A DNA stretch of 38,404 nt from a virus, in IMG/VR virus record IMGVR_UViG_3300045988_089052, positions 1-38,404 of that record; one strand, 5' to 3'. Position 1 is the first letter of the stretch. Every line of letters begins with the position of its first letter. Below the pieces are notes generated by a model, which had not been told where the DNA came from, made no database searches, and was given only the letters and a program-made list of their open reading frames with translations. Of this stretch, positions 22,745-29,919 are shown in pieces. The position numbers were made by a program, and so were the translations under genes.

Positions 22745-22932
22745 ATGCCTCCCCTTTCAATGCGCTCTCGCAGAACGTCAAGAATAAACGCCTGAACGCT
22801 TTTCCCCGCATCTGCGGCAGCTTTCCTTATTCTTGTTCCTTCTTCTTTGCTTGGCCGTATCATTATGTTGTCCTGCCGCTTTTGGTACTCTCTGACAGCC
22901 TTTTTCTCCGCCTCGGTTCCCTTGTATGGCAT
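22741..22932 (-). CDS. Ribbon-helix-helix (CopG/Arc-type) DNA-binding protein
   Basis: ATG 22932 lies 8 nt after GGAGG. IMIRPSKEEGTRIRKAAADAGKSVQAFILDVLRERIE fits the strand-helix-helix pattern of RHH antitoxins and repressors. Confidence 0.6.
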   Translation of the reverse strand: MPYKGTEAEKKAVREYQKRQDNIMIRPSKEEGTRIRKAAADAGKSVQAFILDVLRERIERGGI

Positions 22933-22971
22933 ACACACCACCTCCGAGTAAAGTATACCATTTTATAAGAT

Positions 22972-23049
22972 ATGAGTAAACTCACAAATTGCACAAATAG
23001 TATGAGTTAACTTTGTATAATCTCACTATTGATTTATGAGTTAACTCAT
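22972..23049. promoter_or_regulatory. Three operator-like sites: ATGAGT-aa-ACTCAC, ATGAGT-ta-ACTTTG and ATGAGT-ta-ACTCAT
   Basis: Sites start at 22972, 23002 and 23036, spaced 30 and 34 bp apart. The third is a perfect 14-bp palindrome. Confidence 0.6.
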
Positions 23050-23057
23050 GGTATACT
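23029..23057 (+). promoter_or_regulatory. Promoter for 23114..23335 with an operator in its spacer
   Basis: TTGATT, 17-nt spacer, TATACT, with a TG extended -10. The 14-bp palindrome at 23036-23049 fills the spacer. Confidence 0.6.
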
Positions 23058-23113
23058 ATAATCACAGTAAGGAAAAGAAACAACGACAGGCCATAGGCCG
23101 GGAGGGAAAGAAA

Positions 23114-23335
23114 ATGAAACTGCAAACTGGTATGGTTATTTCATCTGTAAAGGCTCCTGATACATACAATGAAATTGTTAGGATGTATACGAAAAACGGC
23201 AAGAAAATGGTTGAGGTTTCTCAGTTTAACATTTACGAAGATGATAAAACAGTAATTTTTTACGAAAAAGAACTTTTGCATATGCTGAGACGCGGCCTTG
23301 CTTACGTTGTAAATAACTGGATGAGCAAAAACTAA
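23114..23335 (+). CDS. Small hypothetical protein (73 aa), the only plus-strand gene inside the late region
   Basis: ATG 23114 follows GGGAGGGAAAGAAA. It is followed by a plus-strand terminator. Confidence 0.55.
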   Translation: MKLQTGMVISSVKAPDTYNEIVRMYTKNGKKMVEVSQFNIYEDDKTVIFYEKELLHMLRRGLAYVVNNWMSKN

Positions 23336-23349
23336 TGGTACAAGGCCAT

Positions 23350-23378
23350 CCGCCCCCTAACCGGGGCGGTTTTCGTTT
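23350..23378 (+). terminator. Rho-independent terminator for the plus-strand moron gene
   Basis: CCGCCCC-ctaacc-GGGGCGG followed by TTTTCGTTT. Confidence 0.7.
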
Positions 23379-23701
23379 CCATCAAGCAAGGCAAGAATCA
23401 AAGAGGCAAAAACCTTATTAATATCCATGCTCTTTATACCGGAAATAGCACATTTCATTTTTTCTATATAGTATTTGCTTACCGTTTCGTCTTTTTCCAG
23501 TTTTCGTATTTTTTCTTCGAGCAGTTTTATTTCCTCGCTTTTATAGCCGGATTTCGATTTTTCTTCATCAGGCATACATAGCGTATTGCAAAGCGATCCA
23601 GACGGTACAGAGCAATATTGCCCATCAATAAATTTTGAAAACTGAAGCTGTTGTTCTAAATCTCCCATGCCAATAAAACTTCCAGAAGCCATCATTGACA
23701 T
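23357..23701 (-). CDS. Hypothetical protein
   Basis: 114-aa ORF with AGGAGATGTGATAAAATG. Confidence 0.5.
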   Translation of the reverse strand: MSMMASGSFIGMGDLEQQLQFSKFIDGQYCSVPSGSLCNTLCMPDEEKSKSGYKSEEIKLLEEKIRKLEKDETVSKYYIEKMKCAISGIKSMDINKVFASLILALLDGNENRPG

Positions 23702-23714
23702 TTTATCACATCTC

Positions 23715-23852
23715 CTATCGTTCTTTCACTTCATCCCGCCGCACCCGCACAACCTTCACGCCGTCCTTGACGGGTATCAGCTCCACACGATCGCCTTTTG
23801 CAATCACAGATTCAATTGACTTGATTTTTTCTGGTGTTATCAACTCATCCAT
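23715..23852 (-). CDS. Small hypothetical protein (45 aa), missing from the ORF track
   Basis: My own translation: MDELITPEKIKSIESVIAKGDRVELIPVKDGVKVVRVRRDEVKER. It overlaps the stop of the gp10-like gene by 8 nt. Confidence 0.4.
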   Translation of the reverse strand: MDELITPEKIKSIESVIAKGDRVELIPVKDGVKVVRVRRDEVKER

Positions 23853-24243
23853 TTTTCATCTCATCCTCTATAATATTTCTATACGTTTGCTTGTGGTCTG
23901 CAACGGCAGGCTTGAGAAACGGCTGCGCTGGGTTTCCTCTGGTATAATGCCATTTCCCTTTATCGTCTTGATACACCCATGGAATGGGACGTCCTCCAGA
24001 AGTGTAAATACCAGTCCCCAACTCCACATAAGGGGCATATTCTATGTTAGTTCCGATATATGCCACTGGTTCATCGGTATCCACCTTATGCGAAATGCTA
24101 TTACGGAGATTTCCCGTATCAACCGGGCAAAGCTTCTTTGCATATCCCTCCGCTGTCAATCCGCACTTTGCCAGCGCTTTCAAACAGGATTCTTCAAAGG
24201 CGGAAATGACTTCTTTTGAGTTATCAGTAAAACTAACTTCCAC
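23845..24243 (-). CDS. HK97 gp10-family protein
   Basis: DTGNLRNSISHKV...YIGTNIEYAPYVELGTG matches the gp10-family core motif. Confidence 0.65.
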   Translation of the reverse strand: MEVSFTDNSKEVISAFEESCLKALAKCGLTAEGYAKKLCPVDTGNLRNSISHKVDTDEPVAYIGTNIEYAPYVELGTGIYTSGGRPIPWVYQDDKGKWHYTRGNPAQPFLKPAVADHKQTYRNIIEDEMKNG

Positions 24244-25234
24244 GCTTCCACCTCATCCACTCTTGGTATGTCATGTCTGATATGACCTTATTTTCGCCTG
24301 TCTCCGAATTTCTGGCCCGTCTTTGGGCTTTACTGGCATTTACGTCAGGAAATGACGCAATCAGCGTGCAGCGGCAATTATATATCTCCTCCGGCCTACC
24401 CTGTGGGTCACCGGGAAAGCGGCACCCATTGGAAAATTTTTCGTCTGTCTCGACCTTTTCGCCGTCCAGCATAGCGTGACTGTGGCGGGTGCGCCCGTCC
24501 AGCGTCGCCAGCCACTCCTTTTGTAGCTTAATGCCCATCTTCTGGGCCGCCGTGTAGCTGTCAATGCGTCCCGCGTTCTGCGCCCCCGTCACCGCCGTTC
24601 TGGCCGTCCTGATAGCGCTGTCGCGGTTCATGGTGGGGATTCGGGTCTGCAAATCGTCTGCCAATCCCTTGATGCTCTTGCCTTGCAAAATCCCACTGGT
24701 GACGGTGGAGGTTATCTGCTTCTTTCCATAGGTCAAATCAATGCCACGCTTTACAGCCTTTTTCGGCGGATAATAAGGCATCAAATCAGGCTGTTCCACA
24801 ATCAGGCGCTTTACTGTCTGTTCGTCCCAAAGGTCAAAGCCCACATCGCCGGCCACCTGCTCAATGGTGTAAGCGGCATAGTTGCGATTCAATAAGTAAA
24901 TACCCTGTGTGGCGTCGTTTACATAGGAGACAGCCGTTTCATTGGCCTTAGTCATCCGCTCCGCCACTTTATCCCGCAGAGTCTCAAACCGTTTTCCGCG
25001 CCCGATCTGGGCCAGCCTCCATTGCTTATAGTCCTGCTCCGTCCATTCCCTGCCATTTACGACGGTGCCGATCAGGTCTTTCATTTCCTCGTCCCGCTTA
25101 GCAAAAGATTCAAAATAAGCGTCAACAGTCTCTTGCAATTCATCTCGTGCTTTGCGGTAAATACTAGCAATTCGGCGCTCAAGTTTTTTTAATTCTTCAT
25201 CCGTTAGCTGATGCGCTTTGTCCGGCGTCGGCAT
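24233..25234 (-). CDS. Head morphogenesis protein (SPP1 gp7 / Mu F-like)
   Basis: 333 aa after the portal gene. The C-terminal ...EEIYNCRCTLIA motif is typical of MuF-like minor capsid proteins. Confidence 0.8.
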   Translation of the reverse strand: MPTPDKAHQLTDEELKKLERRIASIYRKARDELQETVDAYFESFAKRDEEMKDLIGTVVNGREWTEQDYKQWRLAQIGRGKRFETLRDKVAERMTKANETAVSYVNDATQGIYLLNRNYAAYTIEQVAGDVGFDLWDEQTVKRLIVEQPDLMPYYPPKKAVKRGIDLTYGKKQITSTVTSGILQGKSIKGLADDLQTRIPTMNRDSAIRTARTAVTGAQNAGRIDSYTAAQKMGIKLQKEWLATLDGRTRHSHAMLDGEKVETDEKFSNGCRFPGDPQGRPEEIYNCRCTLIASFPDVNASKAQRRARNSETGENKVISDMTYQEWMRWKRGS

Positions 25235-26531
25235 TGATATTTACCTCATCGAAGCGTTGCATTTCATCTGCGGCTTTTTGCTTCAAGATTTTATCTGCTG
25301 CATCCGGATCGCCTAGAATTGTGCACGCTTTTTTCGTAATGTACTCATCATCTAAATACGGCGCAGCGAGCATTAAAGTGTTCATTGCTTCTGTCGGATT
25401 GTTGATTTTATTTCGCGTAAAAGTAGGTTTGTCTTCAATGCCTGCGATAGTAAATAGCCCGTTCAGAAATTCCAATACGCAATATTCAAACTGGTCTGCT
25501 TTCAAATCAAGTGGAAGATATGCTGCATCAATTTCCGTTGCCGTTTTTTGCCCGCCTTGCAAAGATGTTACATTAAGAGCTTGGAAGTCGTTATACATAT
25601 CTTGCTCCAAACGCTCTAAATATGCTATACGAGATTCATAAGGGATATCAATTGTGTGCGGTTCAATCTCTGCTCCAGCCCCTGTATCTGTTACTACGGC
25701 GGCCCTAGTTGTTTTTACACGATCAAGGAATTTGGCAACGTCTAGATCATCCATTCCGCCTGCGTTTTTTATCAACCAGTAAACTTGTGAAACATCATCC
25801 AAATCATTCGCAAATCCGCTTTTTATCAGGTCGTATGCGTCTATATTTTCCCTCAAACCAATAAGCTCACTTTGCCTATGAGGATTTCCCCAAAACGGTA
25901 TAATCGGGAAACCCGGATAGTTTTTCCCGTCAACAATTTCAGGATTATCGACAGCACTTGCCCTTGTAATTAAAATATATGGCCTTTTTTCTTCTTTCAC
26001 GGTCATATCTTTGTTTTTCAACTTAATATATTCTGTGTACCCATCAAGCTCGTACAATGTGGCGCGCAATGGTTTATCTGCATCAACTTGCCAATATCGT
26101 ATACCAGCCATGAGTGCTCCGTTTTCTTCATCATACAACGGTACAAATTCGGTCAGTTTGAACACTTCTAAATGATCATTATTCCAAAACCCAAATGATA
26201 CACCCTGTACTAAAGCGTTACGTCCCGCTTTCTGAATTACGTTATCAAAATTGCTTCCAAGCTTTTCTTTGTTGCTCTTTTTTTCAAGCGTAACGCCATT
26301 CCCAAGCAAATACTGGTTTTCCTGTGTAACGAACCGATTAAAAAAGTTAGACGCCATTTTGTAATTAGCACTGTAATTATCCGGCACAGCTTTACCGCTC
26401 ATGGTATAAAGCAGTTTTTGGTACGACATGATTGTTATGTTTCTCTGCCTATCGTATTCTTCGGCGTCTGCTGCGATACGATACATCGTTGATGTTTTAT
26501 GCTCTTTTATTGCAGCTTCAATAAAAGACAT
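25197..26531 (-). CDS. Portal protein (SPP1 gp6-like)
   Basis: 444 aa directly downstream of terL. Size and sequence character fit a portal protein. Confidence 0.8.
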   Translation of the reverse strand: MSFIEAAIKEHKTSTMYRIAADAEEYDRQRNITIMSYQKLLYTMSGKAVPDNYSANYKMASNFFNRFVTQENQYLLGNGVTLEKKSNKEKLGSNFDNVIQKAGRNALVQGVSFGFWNNDHLEVFKLTEFVPLYDEENGALMAGIRYWQVDADKPLRATLYELDGYTEYIKLKNKDMTVKEEKRPYILITRASAVDNPEIVDGKNYPGFPIIPFWGNPHRQSELIGLRENIDAYDLIKSGFANDLDDVSQVYWLIKNAGGMDDLDVAKFLDRVKTTRAAVVTDTGAGAEIEPHTIDIPYESRIAYLERLEQDMYNDFQALNVTSLQGGQKTATEIDAAYLPLDLKADQFEYCVLEFLNGLFTIAGIEDKPTFTRNKINNPTEAMNTLMLAAPYLDDEYITKKACTILGDPDAADKILKQKAADEMQRFDEVNINADAGQSASANG

Positions 26532-26577
26532 TCGAGCATTTTCATCTCTATTGGCATAAGCCCAATCGTTATATGTC

Positions 26578-27816
26578 TTAATACCAATTCACCACCCTTT
26601 CGCTCAACGGAATGTATTTTTCCTTTCCCGCTTTATATCGCAGAATTGTCATCACAAAATATCTTGTTTCGTCCATTGCATGATCGTTTTCTTTGATTGG
26701 TCTATCTTCATTCGATTTTTCGTCCCATCTATAAAGCCCAAATTCTCGGATTTCATCTTTGCAATCACGATGTATTTTTATCGTGCCATCCTGCAAATAT
26801 CTTGCAGTTGTTACAATCCCAGGTACTACATCGTTTACAGCCTTACGCACGGAAAATCTATGATGCCGATGAATTACCTCAATGAACGATGCGGCGGACG
26901 GGTCCACAACAACCGAACGAATTTGTAAATCGCCTGCCAAATTTTCAAGCTCTGAATAATATTCTTCATCCGTTTTATTCAATCGCTCGTCTCTGCCGGA
27001 ATAGTAATACTCTCGAATCCTTGTTGCGTGTTTCCCATCCCAACACCAAAGCCCTGCCGAGAATGGATTTAGCGTACCATAGTCTACGCTGATGTAATAT
27101 TCTCCGCTGTCCGGAATATCATCTACAATATTTGACTCGCCAAACATGGGATAAATCAGCCCGTCAGCAGCAACCCACAATCCTCGTATGTATCGGTCGT
27201 AGAAAACGCCCGTATACTGCGTTCTGTACCGTTCAAGCGTTTTTTCGCTTAATGATGGGTTGTCCGTCATTTCAAAATGCAAATATAGGGCATTTCGCTC
27301 TTTATGTTTCTTTATCCAGTTAATATAAAACCAATGATGTGGATTGTCCGGGTTGCAAGAAAACCACAGTCTTGCGCCATCCACCGAGCATCGAGCAAGG
27401 GCCTGATTAAAAAAACTTTCTGGCATCAGCGCCACTTCGTCAAGCAGTACCCCTGCTAAAGTTCTCCCTTGTATCAATGCAAAAGAGGATTCGTCTTTTC
27501 CACCAAAAACCTCAAAATAGTTTGTAACAGCTCCACGTCGCACTTCTAAAATTTTATCAGCGCGCCTCCATCGCAAAGTATATCGTTCTTTTGCAAGTGT
27601 CATTGAAACAAACGGAACCACAATATTTTTGCTTGCGCTGTCTACAGTTTTACCGCAAATTCCGAATCGCTGACCGGAAAACTCCCGCATTGCCCAATCT
27701 ACAAACGCCCACATCATAATAGATGTCTTTCCAGAGCGCACAGCACCATCGCAGATGATGGCGTCGTATTTGGAGTAAGGGAAAGCGAGGATTTTCTTTT
27801 GTTTATCGCTAATCAT
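26578..27816 (-). CDS. terL: Terminase large subunit (PBSX / terminase_3-like)
   Basis: Walker A motif GAVRSGKT near the N-terminus. 412 aa. Overlaps the stop of terS. Confidence 0.9.
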   Translation of the reverse strand: MISDKQKKILAFPYSKYDAIICDGAVRSGKTSIMMWAFVDWAMREFSGQRFGICGKTVDSASKNIVVPFVSMTLAKERYTLRWRRADKILEVRRGAVTNYFEVFGGKDESSFALIQGRTLAGVLLDEVALMPESFFNQALARCSVDGARLWFSCNPDNPHHWFYINWIKKHKERNALYLHFEMTDNPSLSEKTLERYRTQYTGVFYDRYIRGLWVAADGLIYPMFGESNIVDDIPDSGEYYISVDYGTLNPFSAGLWCWDGKHATRIREYYYSGRDERLNKTDEEYYSELENLAGDLQIRSVVVDPSAASFIEVIHRHHRFSVRKAVNDVVPGIVTTARYLQDGTIKIHRDCKDEIREFGLYRWDEKSNEDRPIKENDHAMDETRYFVMTILRYKAGKEKYIPLSERVVNWY

Positions 27817-28228
27817 CGCTTTCCAAATCCTCCGCTATTTCTCTCAAGCTCTTCGACAATCCATCCTCTTTTGCCGTTTCTGCCGTAGCTCCTCCAAAGG
27901 CTGTGAATTTATCGATTAATGTACCAATCGCCGTTGTAACTTCAGAAGCCGTTCTTGCATCTTCGATTTTTTTAGGAAGTACACGTAATCCAACTTCAAT
28001 GATGTTGCACACGGCGTTTCGCTTGCTTTCCATATAAGCCAAAATATCTGCCGTATTCTCTTCTTTTTTTCGTTTGAGATTTTCTGCGATTCCTTGAGAT
28101 TCTTCAACAACACGACGTACTGTTTGCCCACAAACCCCATTTTTTTTTGCAGTAGCATTATAGCTTTCAGTTTCAAGATAATCGGCAATAATTTTCTTTT
28201 TCTGCTTGTCGGTCAACCTTGCAGCCAT
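27809..28228 (-). CDS. terS: Terminase small subunit
   Basis: ATG 28228 follows AGAGGGTGG. The N-terminal HTH is LTDKQKKKIIADYLETESYNATAKKNGVCGQTVRRVV. Positioned upstream of terL. Confidence 0.65.
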   Translation of the reverse strand: MAARLTDKQKKKIIADYLETESYNATAKKNGVCGQTVRRVVEESQGIAENLKRKKEENTADILAYMESKRNAVCNIIEVGLRVLPKKIEDARTASEVTTAIGTLIDKFTAFGGATAETAKEDGLSKSLREIAEDLESDD

Positions 28229-28342
28229 AACACCACCCTCTTTATATAAACCCATATAGGCTAAATCTTCTTGCCGGGTCTTCCCCGGCATCATTGCTTT
28301 GTTGACCCGGTATGCGTCCGGGTTTCTTTACCAATTGGTATG

Positions 28343-28419
28343 TGGAGAAAACGGGATTTGAACCCGTGAACGCTACCAGGCTATACCTTTAAGCTGCTGT
28401 GCCGCCCAGCTCTTTCTCC
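28343..28419 (-). ncRNA. tRNA-like element without a canonical anticodon arm
   Basis: Acceptor stem GGAGAAA/TTTCTCC (7 bp). D arm GCTG-GGCGGCA-CAGC. T arm ACGGG-TTCAAAT-CCCGT. Discriminator A, with no encoded CCA. The 23 nt in the anticodon position form only GCU/AGC plus a mini-hairpin AGGU-aua-GCCU. Confidence 0.5.
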
Positions 28420-28582
28420 ATGCATCGCCGTCTTTCCGGCGTGTCAGCCTCTTGTACTTTGAGGCGCGTCACGTATTACGGGCCTCTAATTACCCGTTCT
28501 TTGATACGAATCGAAGCCGTTCTCAACCGATACGTTACGCTTTGGTGTGCCGATTGACCTCACGCAGACAAGCAACACATAT

Positions 28583-28702
28583 TCAAACAAGGAACAGCAT
28601 TAAAATCATATAGAAAATCGCTCTTTGGCGATCATCTTTTAATAGCCAATATATTGCCATAATTGCTTCAATTACAAAGGCTATCGCTTTGATTATCTGC
28701 AT
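28583..28702 (-). CDS. 39-aa hydrophobic peptide
   Basis: AGGAGGA lies 7 nt before the ATG. The product is MQIIKAIAFVIEAIMAIYWLLKDDRQRAIFYMILMLFLV. It is an AT-rich island inside GC-rich surroundings and forms the 3' end of the implausible 168-aa track ORF. Confidence 0.5.
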   Translation of the reverse strand: MQIIKAIAFVIEAIMAIYWLLKDDRQRAIFYMILMLFLV

Positions 28703-29074
28703 GCTGTATCCTCCTATAGGTCGACCCCGCCATGGTACGCTGCCTTTCGGCTCGCGTGGCGGGGTCTGTATCACAATCCGGGCTGCTGTATCTACCGGCG
28801 CGCATGATACGCTCCTACAAGGAGCTTGCGCGGCTCCATTCTGCAAAAAGCGCCCAAGGACTGGGACGCTTTCGTATACTCCTTCTACACATGGCAGATG
28901 AGCTATAAAACTGATGCGGGTTATATTCCCGACCCGCGGCGGTATTAACCGGCTCTCACGGTTGGCACGTCTGCCAGCGTCGGCCCCACAGGATCGCCTG
29001 ATCGGTGGCAGCTCGCTTTTTTCCGCGCTTTGCCCGGGCTTTGACAAATCAGAGTCATGGCGTTCCCTAGCGCA
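28703..29074 (-). ncRNA. Candidate structured RNA or leader (GC-rich, many perfect stems)
   Basis: Stems include a 10-bp stem 28723-28732/28757-28766 capped by GCC-GAAA-GGC; a GGAGC/GCUCC/GGAGC triple at 28811-28837; UGGCA-gacg-UGCCA at 28963-28976; AACCG/CGGUU at 28947-28963; and CUGCCA/UGGCAG at 28971-29011. There is no credible ORF. Confidence 0.35.
28845..28869 (-). terminator. Terminator-like hairpin inside the structured region
   Basis: Minus-strand RNA GCGUCCCA-guccu-UGGGCGC followed by UUUUU. Confidence 0.5.
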
Positions 29075-29108
29075 GAAAGGAAAAAGCACGCAGATTTCTC
29101 TACGCGCT
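29075..29108 (-). terminator. Terminator after the late-activator gene
   Basis: Minus-strand RNA AGCGCGUAG-agaaau-CUGCGUGCU (9 bp including two G-U pairs) followed by UUUUCCUUUC. Confidence 0.55.
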
Positions 29109-29165
29109 TTCTCGATTATATTTTACCGCATCATTTGTATAGCTTTCAAGTCTCACAAAGTCCCA

Positions 29166-29603
29166 TTATGTACCATTGTGTCCCAACTCACAAAAATGCT
29201 TCACTCCATCATCATGCAAACGATATATTGTCATCTTTCCCACACTCATTTTTCCATAAAGCGATTCTTTAACCTGTGGCCATGACATCTGCTGTCCATA
29301 TCTAAAATCCGTGTATCTTAGCCGCAATATTTCTCGTTCTAACGGGTCTTGAAGCGAATCAATGGCTTTATCCACTTCACGCATCACAGCAAGGTTCTTG
29401 GCGTAATCCTCGCTGTGTGAGGCGCACCAATCAACTCGCATATCTACTGCTTTCATCGGGTCGTGTGCGCCTATGTGCTGGCTACCATCTCCGGTCTGTG
29501 GTGTAATGCTGGTTTCAGCGGATTTCATCGCCATTATGCGTTGCTCAATGCTTCGATTCGCCCGCCAATATCGTTCATAGTTTTTAAGCTTTTCATATTC
29601 CAT
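29166..29603 (-). CDS. ArpU/RinA-type late transcriptional activator (sigma region-4-like)
   Basis: 145 aa. LQDPLEREILRLRYTDFRYGQ...MTIYRLHDDGVKHF. It is the last gene before the packaging module. Confidence 0.55.
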   Translation of the reverse strand: MEYEKLKNYERYWRANRSIEQRIMAMKSAETSITPQTGDGSQHIGAHDPMKAVDMRVDWCASHSEDYAKNLAVMREVDKAIDSLQDPLEREILRLRYTDFRYGQQMSWPQVKESLYGKMSVGKMTIYRLHDDGVKHFCELGHNGT

Positions 29604-29919
29604 TTATCAAACCTCCGCGCATTGCCACATATTTCCCGTAGCTTACAGGGCATTCTCCGCGCTTACGGCGCTCGTTGTTATATGTATCCAGCTCCCTTAA
29701 AAATGCACCGAGCTTGTCCCGCTCCCTTATTTTCTCGGCTTTTCTTTTCAATTTTAGTTGTTCTTGTGCTATTTTTTGATTTTCCATTCTTACCTTTTTA
29801 GCGCATGCATCACAATATTTCCGAGACGAGTTCGGTCTCTTTAATATCATCGGAGCGCCACACACTTCACACTGTCGCTCAATCATCATCGAACCTCCAT
29901 TATTCGCTTGCTTCGTCAT
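29593..29919 (-). CDS. Zinc-ribbon protein
   Basis: CEVCGAPM...YCDACAKK (CxxC x2) followed by a basic coiled coil. Confidence 0.5.
   Translation of the reverse strand: MTKQANNGGSMMIERQCEVCGAPMILKRPNSSRKYCDACAKKVRMENQKIAQEQLKLKRKAEKIRERDKLGAFLRELDTYNNERRKRGECPVSYGKYVAMRGGLINGI

Noticed and set aside
28295-28580. A second tRNA, suggested by the TTCGATT T-loop-like string near 28510-28530.
   Set aside because: The flanking 5-mers are not complementary in any register, and no acceptor stem can be formed.
28583-29089. 168-aa minus-strand ORF in the ORF track.
   Set aside because: There is no SD at its ATG. The first ~130 residues are Arg/Pro/Cys/Gly-rich and look like a translation of GC-rich structured sequence. 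Only the last 39 codons (28583..28702) have a strong SD and protein-like composition.
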